A DNA stretch of 64,000 nt from Candidatus Binataceae bacterium (GTDB lineage: Bacteria > Desulfobacterota > Binatia > Binatales > Binataceae), in contig DATKPK010000264.1 of assembly GCA_035524095.1 (NCBI GenBank), forward strand, positions 10,546 through 74,545. The letters are read 5' to 3'. The notes below the pieces were generated by a model. The model saw only the letters and a program-made list of their open reading frames with translations. It was not told the DNA's origin and did no database searches. A program made the translations under genes and the position numbers. Positions within the stretch are counted from its first letter, which is position 1; the number at the start of each line of letters is the position of its first letter. Positions 46,534-57,096 of this stretch are shown here, one piece after another.

Positions 46534-49371
46534 ATGGCGCAGAGCATCGAAAGACCAGAGATTCGCATAGGGACGGAGGCTCGAGGCCAGGACCGCGAGG
46601 GTGGGCGTCAGCAAACGATTACGGCAGGCCGCGGCCTCACGATCGAGCGCTACTTCACTCGGCCGGGCGTCGATCCGATGGCCGAAGTGGAATGGGATTT
46701 ACGCTCCGCCCTAATCTCTGGTGAGGACGGCCGTGTGGTCTTCGAGCAACGCGACGTCGAGGTGCCTCGGATTTGGTCGCAGACCGCCACCAATGTGGTC
46801 GTATCGAAGTATTTTCGTGGCCCTCTTGGCAGTCCTCGTCGTGAAACCAGCGTGCGTCAGCTTATCGCCCGGGTCGTCGATACGATCAGTGCATGGGGCG
46901 AGCGCCAGTATTATTTTGCTTCCGATTCCGATCGCGAAAGCTTCAAGGCCGAACTAACCTATCTGCTCCTTCATCAGCAGGCCGCCTTCAACAGTCCGGT
47001 CTATTTCAACGTCGGTATCGAATCGAAGCCGCAATGCTCGGCCTGCTTCATCCTCAAAGTTGAGGACAGCATGGAATCTATTCTCGGCTGGTATCGCAAT
47101 GAGGGGATGATTTTCAAAGGCGGCTCCGGCTCAGGAGTGAATCTGTCGGCCTTGCGTTCGTGCCGGGAAAAGCTCTCGGCCGGCGGCACCGCGTCCGGAC
47201 CGCTATCGTTCATGAAGGCCGCTGACGCCTCAGCTGGCGTGATCAAGTCGGGCGGCAAGACCCGCCGGGCGGCCAAGATGGTGGTCCTTAACGCCGACCA
47301 TCCGGATGTTAAGGAGTTTATTACCTGCAAGGTCGACGAGGAAAAAAAAGCCTGGGCGCTGATCGAAGCGGGCTATGATGCCTCGCTGGACGGTGCGGCC
47401 TATAGCTCGGTCTTCTTCCAGAACGCTAACAATTCCGTTCGCGCCACCGACGACTTCATGCAGGCGGTGGTCGATGATGGCAACTGGCGCACTCACTTCA
47501 TCAAGTCCGGCGAAGTCGCCGAGGAATTCCGCGCCCGTGATCTGATCAAGATGATTGCTGAAGCGGCGTGGGCCTGCGGCGATCCGGGGATGCAGTTCGA
47601 TACCACTATCAATTTGTGGCATACCTGCCCAAACTCCGGCCGGATCAATGCGTCGAATCCATGCAGCGAGTACATGCATCTCGATAACTCGGCCTGCAAT
47701 CTGGCGTCGCTCAACCTGCTGACTTTTCTCGACGACAGCGGCGAATTCGATGTGAAGTCGTTTCGCCATGCTGTGGACGTGATGATCACGGCCCAGGACA
47801 TCCTGGTCGATAATTCCTCGTATCCGACCGACGAGATCGGCCGCAACGCCCGCGATTTCCGCGAATTGGGCCTCGGCTACGCCAATCTCGGCGCCACTCT
47901 AATGGCGCTTGGGATGCCCTACGATTCCGATCAGGGCCGCAGCTACGCTGGTGCCATCACCGCTCTGATGACTGGCGAGGCCTATCTGCAGTCGGCGCGT
48001 GTCGCCGAAGCAATGGGTCCCTTTGAAGGTTACGCGCGCAACCGTGAGCCAATGCTGCGCGTGATCGAACGTCATCGCGAGTACGCGCATAAGCTCGAAA
48101 CCGCTTATGTGCCGTTGGACTTGCTGCGGGCGTCACGCGAGGCGTGGGACGACGCGCTCAAGCTTGGCCAACGCGCCGGTTATCGCAATTCGCAAGCAAC
48201 GGTTATCGCGCCGACCGGCACCATCGCCTTCATGATGGATTGCGACACCACCGGTATCGAACCCGACATCGCCCTGATCAAATACAAAAAGCTGGTCGGC
48301 GGCGGTATGCTCAAAATCGTCAACAACACGGTGCCGCGGGCACTCAAACGGCTCGGCTACGATTCGCGCGAGGTTCAGGAAATCGTCGAGTATCTCGACG
48401 AGCATGAGACGATTGAGGGCGCGCCCCATCTGCCAGATGCGCATCTGGCGATCTTCGATTGCGCCTTCAAACCGCGCTCCGGCTCGCGCACGATTCACTA
48501 TCACGGCCATCTCAAGATGATGGGCGCGGTCCAGCCGTTCATCTCAGGGGCTATCTCCAAAACCATCAACATGCCCGCCAGCGCCTCAGTTGAAGAAGTC
48601 GCCGAGGCCTATCTGACCGCATGGCGGCTAGGGCTGAAGGCGGTAGCAATCTATCGCGACGGCTCCAAGCGGACCCAGCCACTCAATACTGGCAAAGCGG
48701 CCGAAGCTGGCGATGCGCAAAAGAACGCGCTCGCGGCCGCAGCGATCGCCGCAACTGACGAGTTCCGGCCTTATCGTCGGAAGCTGCCTGACGAACGCCG
48801 CTCAATTACCCACAAGTTCGATATCGCCGGCCATGAAGGCTACTTGACAGTTGGGATGTATGAAGACGGCACGCCCGGCGAGATTTTCGTCTCGATGTCG
48901 AAACAGGGTTCAACAATCTCCGGGCTGATGGATTCCTTCGCGACAGCAATCTCGTACGCGCTCCAATACGGTGTGCCACTACAGTTCCTGGTAGACAAAT
49001 TCGCCCACATGCGCTTTGAGCCGTCGGGCTTCACTAAGAACCCGCAAATCCCGTACGCGAAGTCGATTGTTGACTATTTGTTTCGATGGCTCGCCTCGAA
49101 GTTTCTCGACGAACAGGCCAAACAGGAAGTGGGTGTAGTTGCCCCGCTATCTACCCTAGCCGAAACTCCAGCGCCGTCGCGCATGGCTCTCGCGCCTGCA
49201 AGTAATTCGCTCAGCGGCGATGATAACGGCAAGAGCTCTGAAGCGAGCTTGCGCGCTGCGTTTATCAATCAAGCGGACGCACCGCCGTGCCCGGACTGCG
49301 GATGCATCATGGTGCGTAATGGCACCTGCTACAAATGCATGAATTGTGGAGCAACCAGCGGATGTTCGTGA
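46534..49371 (+). CDS. nrdJ: Class II (adenosylcobalamin-dependent) ribonucleotide reductase
   Basis: 945 aa. ..NPCSEY.. active-site region, ..ACNLASLNL.., C-terminal CxxC..CxxC zinc ribbon (CPDCGC..CYKCMNCG). Confidence 0.9.
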   Translation: MAQSIERPEIRIGTEARGQDREGGRQQTITAGRGLTIERYFTRPGVDPMAEVEWDLRSALISGEDGRVVFEQRDVEVPRIWSQTATNVVVSKYFRGPLGSPRRETSVRQLIARVVDTISAWGERQYYFASDSDRESFKAELTYLLLHQQAAFNSPVYFNVGIESKPQCSACFILKVEDSMESILGWYRNEGMIFKGGSGSGVNLSALRSCREKLSAGGTASGPLSFMKAADASAGVIKSGGKTRRAAKMVVLNADHPDVKEFITCKVDEEKKAWALIEAGYDASLDGAAYSSVFFQNANNSVRATDDFMQAVVDDGNWRTHFIKSGEVAEEFRARDLIKMIAEAAWACGDPGMQFDTTINLWHTCPNSGRINASNPCSEYMHLDNSACNLASLNLLTFLDDSGEFDVKSFRHAVDVMITAQDILVDNSSYPTDEIGRNARDFRELGLGYANLGATLMALGMPYDSDQGRSYAGAITALMTGEAYLQSARVAEAMGPFEGYARNREPMLRVIERHREYAHKLETAYVPLDLLRASREAWDDALKLGQRAGYRNSQATVIAPTGTIAFMMDCDTTGIEPDIALIKYKKLVGGGMLKIVNNTVPRALKRLGYDSREVQEIVEYLDEHETIEGAPHLPDAHLAIFDCAFKPRSGSRTIHYHGHLKMMGAVQPFISGAISKTINMPASASVEEVAEAYLTAWRLGLKAVAIYRDGSKRTQPLNTGKAAEAGDAQKNALAAAAIAATDEFRPYRRKLPDERRSITHKFDIAGHEGYLTVGMYEDGTPGEIFVSMSKQGSTISGLMDSFATAISYALQYGVPLQFLVDKFAHMRFEPSGFTKNPQIPYAKSIVDYLFRWLASKFLDEQAKQEVGVVAPLSTLAETPAPSRMALAPASNSLSGDDNGKSSEASLRAAFINQADAPPCPDCGCIMVRNGTCYKCMNCGATSGCS

Positions 49372-49407
49372 ACTTTTCTTTGATTCTGGCGAATAGGGGG
49401 AAAGCGC

Positions 49408-49725
49408 ATGATCGAAGCAGGAGTGAAACTGGCCGAGACTCGCAGACGCTTGCGTGAATGCGAAGCTTTCGCGCTGCAAGTCAGGCTCGGCCACGATCTC
49501 AAAGACGGACCGATTCTAACCTCGGTCACCGATCAGCCGTTCGAGATGAGTTTCAAATGTTCGCGATGCGGCGTGACGCTGTGGTTTGAGGATAAAGGAT
49601 CGCAACGATGGCGGCTGCACGCGGAATCGCGCGAGCACGGTGCGCAGATTTGCCGAGGACGCATCGTCGGCGAACCGATTGATCACCCGATAAGCACGGC
49701 TGTTGCCGGTGCCTCGCGACGTTGA
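49408..49725 (+). CDS. Hypothetical small protein downstream of nrdJ
   Basis: AGGGGGA RBS 8 nt upstream; contains one CxxC (KCSRCG). No family recognised. Confidence 0.4.
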   Translation: MIEAGVKLAETRRRLRECEAFALQVRLGHDLKDGPILTSVTDQPFEMSFKCSRCGVTLWFEDKGSQRWRLHAESREHGAQICRGRIVGEPIDHPISTAVAGASRR

Positions 49726-50025
49726 AAGTTCGGGTCAGAGATGACGGGATTAGTGAAGTTCGGGATCGGCTTAAAGACTCAGGGCCTCGGAGGAGTGCCG
49801 TCGAAGGGGCGGATGGAGCGGCGGTCTGGCATGCGGAGGCGGTGACGGAATGGTGAGTGGGGCGGTTTAACGAGGTTCAAAGAGGTTGAGGCGGGCACCT
49901 CCTGGTCCGCTTTAACGAGTGTGGTGCGGGGCTGGCGGATGCGGGGATGGCAGGGGGCTGGGACCTTCCCAGCCCCCAACTTCCTTAGTAAAGAAATCTG
50001 CCACAAAGGAGATTTTCAAAAATTG

Positions 50026-50502
50026 ATGCGCATTCGGTGGCCGAGCGGGATGGAACCTGAGCATGCGCTGGTCCATGTGCACAATGAGATCGTAACTACT
50101 GCATCACCTGAACGCATCTGGCGGTCTCTTTGTCGAGCAAGCGCTTGGCCGCAATGGTACAGCAACTGTGCATGGCTCAATTTCCCCAACGGCGATGGCC
50201 CGGACCTCAAGCAGGATACTCATTTCGTCTGGAAGACTTTCGGCGCCACGGTGCGCAGCACGGTCGCGGTCTTCGATCCGATGCGAGAAATCGGCTGGGA
50301 CGCTTATGCTATTGGCTTACGCGCCTTTCACGGCTGGCTGATCGAGCCGCTCGATCAAGGCGGTTGCCGTATCGTTACCGAAGAAACTCAAAACGGCTCG
50401 CTGGTTTGGATCGCGCGATGGTATCTGCGCCGCGCGCTTTCCCGCCAGCACCAAAAATGGCTCGAGAGCCTCAGTAACGTCGCCACTAAAAGCTCATATT
50501 AA
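50026..50502 (+). CDS. SRPBCC-family (polyketide cyclase/AHSA1-like) protein
   Basis: Start chosen at ATG 50026, which has an AAGGAGA RBS. Ligand-binding-cavity-type fold (..IWRSLCRASAWPQWYSN..). The track ORF (49921-50502) extends upstream into a G-rich hairpin region. Confidence 0.55.
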   Translation: MRIRWPSGMEPEHALVHVHNEIVTTASPERIWRSLCRASAWPQWYSNCAWLNFPNGDGPDLKQDTHFVWKTFGATVRSTVAVFDPMREIGWDAYAIGLRAFHGWLIEPLDQGGCRIVTEETQNGSLVWIARWYLRRALSRQHQKWLESLSNVATKSSY

Positions 50503-50607
50503 TAGCCGCCACTTCGCGAGATTCCCAAGCGAAGCCCAACTGGCCGGCCGATCCGCACTATATCTTCGACGACCACCCTACTTCGAGATAATCACGATCA
50601 TTTGAAG

Positions 50608-51585
50608 TTATCGTGTGAAGTTATCGTGCAATGCACGCTTGAGCGCGTTGTCGCGGTCGGCCTTGAATTGCTTTGAGACCTTCGCTGAAGGAGCGAACAG
50701 GTCAAACCCATGGAACGCCCCTGGATAGACGTGGAGCTCAGTCGGCACGCCCGCCTGAATCAAGCGCTGAGCGTATTCGATATTCTCGTCGACAAACAAA
50801 TCAAGTGCGCCAACCGGAATGTAAGCCGGTGGTAGCTTGCTCAAATCGGTAGCCCGCGACGCTGCTGCGTAAGGCGACACGTCCGCGCCGCCGCCGTCAC
50901 GTCCCAGATACGCCTTCCAACCGAGTCGATTGCTCTCGCGATGCCACATTCGCGGGTCAGTAATCGCATAACTGGCTGGGGTTACATTGCGATCATCGAT
51001 CATCGGGTAGATGAGCAGTTGGAAAGCGACCGGCACTTCGCCGCGATCGCGAACCATCAGTGCCAGTCCCGCAGCCAGGCCACCGCCGCCGCTGGCGCCG
51101 CCGATCGCGATCCGCGACCGCTCAACGCCGAGTTCGTCGGCGTGCCCGAACAGCCATTTCAACCCGGCATAACAATCCTCCACCGGAGCAGGAAACGGAT
51201 GTTCCGGCGCTAAACGATAGTCGACCGATACTGCCACGCAACCGATTCTACTCACCAGTTGCTTCATGAGCCGGTCGTCTTGCTCGATATCGCCCATTAC
51301 GTAACCACCGCCATGAATCCATAACAGAGCGGGAAGCTTGCTCGGCTGATCGATTGGCCGATAGGAGCGGACCCGAACCGCAGGGTCGTCCTTTCGTGAA
51401 CCGGGAACGAAATGATCCTGGCTGGTTACACCCTCGACCGGAGGCATAGACGCCAGCAGCGAGGTCACCATTTTATTCATCTTGATCCGGGCCGTTGGAA
51501 TGTCATTGAGATCGAGAGGACGGTCAGTCGGCAACTTGTCCACTACAACTCGCAGCTCAGGGTCTATTTGGTCTACGAAATTCAT
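50608..51585 (-). CDS. Alpha/beta hydrolase fold-3 esterase/lipase (HSL family)
   Basis: HGGG oxyanion motif (LLWIHGGGYVMG) and GxSxG nucleophile elbow (GGASGGGG). Confidence 0.8.
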   Translation of the reverse strand: MNFVDQIDPELRVVVDKLPTDRPLDLNDIPTARIKMNKMVTSLLASMPPVEGVTSQDHFVPGSRKDDPAVRVRSYRPIDQPSKLPALLWIHGGGYVMGDIEQDDRLMKQLVSRIGCVAVSVDYRLAPEHPFPAPVEDCYAGLKWLFGHADELGVERSRIAIGGASGGGGLAAGLALMVRDRGEVPVAFQLLIYPMIDDRNVTPASYAITDPRMWHRESNRLGWKAYLGRDGGGADVSPYAAASRATDLSKLPPAYIPVGALDLFVDENIEYAQRLIQAGVPTELHVYPGAFHGFDLFAPSAKVSKQFKADRDNALKRALHDNFTR

Positions 51586-51802
51586 CGTCCATCTCCCTCA
51601 CACGCTTCGATGACGTGGCCGAGTTTATGCCACGATTCGCGCAGGATATAAACTCTAAGGGTCGGCGAAATAGCATTGGGGCGGAACCAACACGGAAATC
51701 TGCAAGGGATGTTTCACGTGAAACATCTCTTGCAGATTTCTTGTTCTATTTTGGGAGCGGTTCCTTCGCTGTTGGGGAAGAATTTCCCCCGGAGCAAGCC
51801 TG

Positions 51803-52957
51803 TTACTTCATTTTGCTGAAGAATGTCCGGATGTCGTCTGCCAGCAACTTCGGCTCTTCCATCGCCGCGAAATGGCCGCCACGCGGCATCACCGTCCATT
51901 GCTGGATGTTGAACGCGCGTTCGGCCCAATCGCGCGGCGGCTTGCCGATTTCGCGCGGGAATAGCGCGGCAGCGGTTGGCGTCTCGATGCGCTTCGTCTT
52001 ATCGGGGCGCCAAGGATGATGCCGCGCTTCGAAATAGAGCCGCGTTGACGAATTAATCGACTGGGTGATCCAATAAATCATTACGTTGGTCAACAACTGG
52101 TCTTTGGTAAAACGTGTCTCGACGTTACCGCCGCAATCCGACCAGGTGCGGAATTTTTCGACGATCCACGCGGCGAGGCCGCTTGGTGAATCGTTCAGGC
52201 CATACGCCAAGGTCTGTGGTTTGGTGCCCTGAATCCCCTGATAGCCGCTTTCCTCCCGCTGGAAATGATCCATGTCAGCGAGGAATAACTTCTCTTCTTC
52301 GGTCAGTTCCGCAGCGCGATCGCGGCGATTGCCCGCAAAAATCAGATTGACGTGGATGCCGTAGAGGCTATCACCATGTGCTTCGCCCAATCTCGACGTA
52401 ATCGCCGAGCCCCAATCGCCGCCTTGTGCGCAATAACGATGATAGACGAGGACTTCAGTCATCAGCTTGTGAAAGATCTCGGCGATGCCCTGGACGTTCA
52501 TCCCACGCATCCGCGGATGATCCGAAAATCCATAACCGGGTAATGACGGTGCAATCACCGTGAACGACTGATTGGGATCGGCCCCGTGAGCGCCCGGATC
52601 AGTCAGCATCGGAATGATCTGCATGAACTCGTAGATTGAGCCGGGCCATCCATGGGAGAGCAGGAGCGGCTTGGGATTGGGTCCACGGCCTTCCTCGCGG
52701 ATGAAATGGATGCCGAGGCCGTCGATAGTCGTGCGGAAATGCTTGAAGCGGTTCAACTCGGCTTCGTGTTTGCGCCAATCGTATTGACTCCGCCAATACT
52801 CGACCAGCTCGCGCAAGTAGGCGAGATTAGTGCCGTATTCCCATCCAGTGTCGGGCACTTCATCGGGAAAACGCGTGCGGTTAAGACGCTCGCGCAGGTC
52901 CTTCAAGACCTCGTCGCTGATGTTGATGGTAAACGGTTCAATCTGCGCCTTGGCCAT
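51803..52957 (-). CDS. Epoxide hydrolase (microsomal EH-like N-terminal domain plus alpha/beta hydrolase)
   Basis: ..IEPFTINISDEVLKDLRERLNRTRFPDE..WEYGTNLAYLRELVEYWRSQYDWRKHEAELNRF.. characteristic EH N-terminal domain. Confidence 0.85.
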   Translation of the reverse strand: MAKAQIEPFTINISDEVLKDLRERLNRTRFPDEVPDTGWEYGTNLAYLRELVEYWRSQYDWRKHEAELNRFKHFRTTIDGLGIHFIREEGRGPNPKPLLLSHGWPGSIYEFMQIIPMLTDPGAHGADPNQSFTVIAPSLPGYGFSDHPRMRGMNVQGIAEIFHKLMTEVLVYHRYCAQGGDWGSAITSRLGEAHGDSLYGIHVNLIFAGNRRDRAAELTEEEKLFLADMDHFQREESGYQGIQGTKPQTLAYGLNDSPSGLAAWIVEKFRTWSDCGGNVETRFTKDQLLTNVMIYWITQSINSSTRLYFEARHHPWRPDKTKRIETPTAAALFPREIGKPPRDWAERAFNIQQWTVMPRGGHFAAMEEPKLLADDIRTFFSKMK

Positions 52958-53148
52958 CGCCCAACCTCCGCAATGCGTATCCAGCGAATGTTACGCTGAT
53001 ATATGCCGTGCGGTGTTTTGCTACAAGCAAAAGTGCGCGGCCGTCAATAGCGTACGTGACGCGACGGTTAAATCGAACGCGGACCGCTTTCGAGTTCCTC
53101 CGGCCAACGCGACGGCGCGCCTAGCGCCTTGATTCCCGCTTCTCTCAA

Positions 53149-53532
53149 GTGGGACAATTGTTCATGCCACGCAGTGCCGACGGTTTCGAGGCGTTTATCA
53201 ACCTAGGCGACAGCCTGAACGAGCTCGAGTTGATTGTCGGCCCCATGGCGCGTCCATTCATAGCGGAGGTGCGCGAGGGTCTCGCGCAGGCGGCAGCGAA
53301 AAGGCATGCGGGCGATCCGGATGGCGCGCTCATCCTAATCCGCCAATCAATGGAGAAGTTGGCGGTTCTTGGCAGTGAAGTAGATGCGCAGGAGGGAGCG
53401 ATGATGCGATTTATCGCCGAACGCTTCGCGCAATCACTTAGCGCTGGTGATAAAAGCGCCGCTAAAGAGGCCGTCGGTGTCATGCGGCATAAAGCAGGCG
53501 ACCCAAAAGACGAACCCGGCAGGGGCTGGTAA
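53149..53532 (+). CDS. Hypothetical protein
   Basis: Helical-looking composition. A competing antisense ORF (53145-53744 minus) is Ala/Ser/Cys-rich and judged spurious. No family recognised. Confidence 0.35.
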   Translation: MGQLFMPRSADGFEAFINLGDSLNELELIVGPMARPFIAEVREGLAQAAAKRHAGDPDGALILIRQSMEKLAVLGSEVDAQEGAMMRFIAERFAQSLSAGDKSAAKEAVGVMRHKAGDPKDEPGRGW

Positions 53533-53628
53533 CGTGCGAGCACGTTCTGCCCATGACGGACAAGTCTAACAGCGTCTGAGGCGACACAGGTAGAAGTTCG
53601 AGCCTCAGCGACAAATAAAAGAGCAAAT

Positions 53629-55671
53629 TTGTACGGAGCGGCGGTGGCGACTGTACCTAAATCAGACTTAAAAGATTCCAATCTAGACTTGCTCTGCATC
53701 AACTCGATTCGCGTGCTTGCGATCGATGCGGTGCAGAAGGCCAATTCGGGCCATCCCGGTATGCCGATGGGGATGGCGCCAATAGCGTATCTGCTGTTTA
53801 CACGCTACCTCAGGCACAATCCGAAAAACCCTCATTGGTATGGACGTGATCGCTTCGTCTTATCGGCGGGGCATGGCTCGATGCTGCTATACGCGTCGCT
53901 CTATCTGTCGGGCTATGACCTTTCGCTAGATGACATCAAGCAGTTCCGGCAACTTGGCAGCAAGACACCCGGCCATCCTGAATCGGAACTCACGCCAGGC
54001 GTTGAGACCACCACCGGTCCTTTAGGCCAGGGAATTGGCAACGGGATCGGGATGGCGATCGCGGCGAAGCACATGGCGGCGAGGTTTGCCCGCGGCGACA
54101 CCAGCATTTTCGAGCCGCGCATTTTCGGCATCTGTGGTGACGGCGACAACATGGAGGGCGTAGCCAGCGAAGCTGCTTCGGTTGCGGGTCATCTGGGTCT
54201 CGGCAATGTCATCTATCTATATGACGACAATCACGTCACGATCGATGGCCATACTGAAATCGCTTTTACGGAAGACGTCTGCAAGCGCTATGAAGCTTAC
54301 GGCTGGCACACGCAAGTCGTCGAAGACGCCAATGATCTTGGCGCGCTGATTAAAGCTATCGATGCCGCTATCGCCGAAACCGGCCGTCCCTCGCTGATTC
54401 GGGTTCGCAGTCACATTGGCTATGGCAGCCCTCATCGGCAGGACAGTTCCGAGGCACATGGCAAGGCCCTTGGCGTCGAAGAGGTCAAGCTGACCAAACA
54501 GTTCTACGGATGGCCGACCGAGCCTGATTTCTACGTTCCCGACGTTGCGCTTGCGGAGTTCCGCAAATGTCTCGAGCGCGGTGCTCAATTCGAAGCGGAT
54601 TGGATTAAGCGTTTCGAAAGTTACGCCAAGGCCAACCCAGCAGATGCGGCCGAGTTTCGCTCGATAATGGCGCGCGAGCTGCCCCCTGGATGGGACAGCG
54701 ATTTACCCGTATTCACGCCCAAGGACGCACTTGCAACGCGCGAGTCAGCCTCGCGCGCTGAGCAGACCATCGCGAAAAAGATGTGGAGTATGTTCGGTGG
54801 CGCGGCAGATCTGAATGAATCAACTTTCACGGACATAAAGGACGGCGGCAGCTTCGAGCGGGGCAGCTATGAAGGCCGCAACTTGCATTTTGGTATTCGC
54901 GAGCATGGCTTGTGCGCGATCCTAAATGGGATAGCGCTCTTCGGTGGTTTCATTCCGTTCGGTTCTAGCTTCATGTGTTTTACGGACTACTGTCGGCCAT
55001 CGATACGTCTGGCGGCATTGATGGGGCTGCAGGTCATCTTCGTCTTTACCCATGACTCTATAGGACTTGGCGAGGACGGCCCGACCCATCAGCCGGTTGA
55101 ACATCTTTCGAGCCTGCGGGCGATTCCAAACCTCACTTTGATCCGGCCGGGTGACGCGAACGAAGCGGCTGAAGCCTGGCGCACCGCAATTCTTCATCGT
55201 CACGGACCAGTTATGATGGCGCTTTCCCGCCAGAAGATGCCGACCTTCGATCGCACGGTAATGGCGCCGGCTTCTGGAGTGCAAAAGGGCGCTTATATCT
55301 TGACCGAAACCCCTGGCAAGACTCCCGAATTGATCTTGATGGCTACCGGCTCGGAGCTAAGTCTAGCCGTCGACGCCAAGCAAGAATTAGAGAAGCGCGG
55401 TCACGCGATCCGCGTCGTTAGCATGCCGAGCTTCGAGCTGTTTGAGAAACAGGATGCGGCTTATCGCGAGACCGTTTTACCGCCATCGATCAGGCGCAGG
55501 CTGGCGATCGAGGCTGCCGTTCCGATGTCGTGGTATAAGTGGGTCGGACTTGACGGTGGGGTCGTGGGCATGACGACTTACGGCGCGTCCGGGCCGTCGC
55601 AAAAGGTTCTAGATCATTTCGGATTCACGGTGGCGAACGTGGTTGAGCATGCACTGAAGTTGTTGGCGTGA
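53629..55671 (+). CDS. tkt: Transketolase
   Basis: ..[18 protein letters not shown].. ThDP-binding N-terminus and full-length collinearity (680 aa). Confidence 0.95.
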   Translation: MYGAAVATVPKSDLKDSNLDLLCINSIRVLAIDAVQKANSGHPGMPMGMAPIAYLLFTRYLRHNPKNPHWYGRDRFVLSAGHGSMLLYASLYLSGYDLSLDDIKQFRQLGSKTPGHPESELTPGVETTTGPLGQGIGNGIGMAIAAKHMAARFARGDTSIFEPRIFGICGDGDNMEGVASEAASVAGHLGLGNVIYLYDDNHVTIDGHTEIAFTEDVCKRYEAYGWHTQVVEDANDLGALIKAIDAAIAETGRPSLIRVRSHIGYGSPHRQDSSEAHGKALGVEEVKLTKQFYGWPTEPDFYVPDVALAEFRKCLERGAQFEADWIKRFESYAKANPADAAEFRSIMARELPPGWDSDLPVFTPKDALATRESASRAEQTIAKKMWSMFGGAADLNESTFTDIKDGGSFERGSYEGRNLHFGIREHGLCAILNGIALFGGFIPFGSSFMCFTDYCRPSIRLAALMGLQVIFVFTHDSIGLGEDGPTHQPVEHLSSLRAIPNLTLIRPGDANEAAEAWRTAILHRHGPVMMALSRQKMPTFDRTVMAPASGVQKGAYILTETPGKTPELILMATGSELSLAVDAKQELEKRGHAIRVVSMPSFELFEKQDAAYRETVLPPSIRRRLAIEAAVPMSWYKWVGLDGGVVGMTTYGASGPSQKVLDHFGFTVANVVEHALKLLA

Positions 55672-55736
55672 CGCATCGTTCGGGCACGCGGCTGTTGCCG
55701 AATACCGATGACAGAGATCCAAGGAGCTAACCTCCC

Positions 55737-56867
55737 ATGAGTACAGAAAATCCCCTCAAGCGGCTAAGCCATTTTGGTCAGAGTGTATGGCTCGATTATA
55801 TCCGGCGTACTCTTCTGCCCTCACCGGAATTTCAACGGTTGCTCGATGAAGACGGGCTCGACGGGATGACGTCAAACCCAACCATCTTCGAGAAAGCGAT
55901 CGACGGTTCCCACGACTATGACGCCCAGTTTGTAAAATTAGTCCGCGCTGGAGGTGATATTGACGCCGTCTACGAGGCTCTTACGACGGATGACATCAAG
56001 GCTGCCGCTGATCGTTTGCGGCCGATTTACGAGAAATCAAATGGTGTCACCGGCTATGTAAGCTACGAAGTGATGCCGACGCTGGCTCATGACACCGAAG
56101 GTACGATCGCGGCAGCACATCGCTATTTCAAAATGATCGATCGGCCGAACCTGATGATCAAAGTTCCCGGGACGCCTGAAGGCCTACCGGCTATCGAGCA
56201 ACTGATTAGCGAAGGCCACTGCATCAACGTCACCCTGATGTTCTCGATGAACCATTACGAGGCGGTCGCAAAGGCGTATATCAGCGGACTTGAAAAGCGC
56301 GCAAAAGCAGGGCAGCCGCTCGATCGGATTGCATCAGTTGCGAGCGTCTTCGTAAGCCGCGTCGAGACCCTCGTCGATAAGCACATCGATGAAAAGCTAA
56401 AATTGAAGTCCGACCAGGGTCTCGCAGCGTTGCGCGGTTCTGCTGCGGTCGCCAACTCGAAGCTGATTTACGAACGCTTCAAGCAAATCTTTCATGGCGA
56501 CCCTTTCAAAGCGCTCGCGTCGAAAGGCGCTCACGTCCAGCGGCCTTTATGGGCCTCGACCGGTACCAAAAATCCGGCTTATAGCGACATCAAGTATGTG
56601 CAGGAACTGATTGGTCCCGAGACGGTCAACACCATGCCGCCGGCGACGATGGATGCGTATCGCGACCACGGTGACCCCAAGCCGACCCTCGAGGCGGGGA
56701 TCGATCAAGCGCACGGAATTGTCGATCGGCTACGGACCTACAGCATCGATCTGAACGAGGTCGGCGATGATCTGCAAAAGGAAGGGGTAGATCTATTTAT
56801 CAAGTCGTTCCAGGAATTGATGGGGACGATCAAGAGCCGTCGCGACGCGATGGGCTCGACGCCGTAA
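55737..56867 (+). CDS. tal: Transaldolase (long form)
   Basis: ..GQSVWLDYIRR.. and ..GMTSNPTIFEKAI.. motifs; 376 aa. Confidence 0.9.
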   Translation: MSTENPLKRLSHFGQSVWLDYIRRTLLPSPEFQRLLDEDGLDGMTSNPTIFEKAIDGSHDYDAQFVKLVRAGGDIDAVYEALTTDDIKAAADRLRPIYEKSNGVTGYVSYEVMPTLAHDTEGTIAAAHRYFKMIDRPNLMIKVPGTPEGLPAIEQLISEGHCINVTLMFSMNHYEAVAKAYISGLEKRAKAGQPLDRIASVASVFVSRVETLVDKHIDEKLKLKSDQGLAALRGSAAVANSKLIYERFKQIFHGDPFKALASKGAHVQRPLWASTGTKNPAYSDIKYVQELIGPETVNTMPPATMDAYRDHGDPKPTLEAGIDQAHGIVDRLRTYSIDLNEVGDDLQKEGVDLFIKSFQELMGTIKSRRDAMGSTP

Positions 56868-57096
56868 CGGCGCCACTGCAAGACGTGAGTTGTGGGCCAC
56901 AGTCAGCCGATAGCATGGATTTGTTGTTCTGAGTGAGACGGAATAGCCCCGTCACCTGCGGGACGTTGCAAAACAATCGCTGACGGGCTATCGAGCTTCA
57001 TGTCCCGGCGGTCCTGGACTAGCCGCGAGCTAAGCCATTTCGAGAGGGATTTTGCGCTTTTCCAATGGATCAGCCACGTAGATAGAAGCCTGAGGT

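Noticed and set aside
53145-53744. 199-aa minus-strand ORF spanning the hypothetical gene and the tkt start
   Set aside because: Ala/Ser/Cys-rich antisense composition; it overlaps the well-supported transketolase N-terminus.
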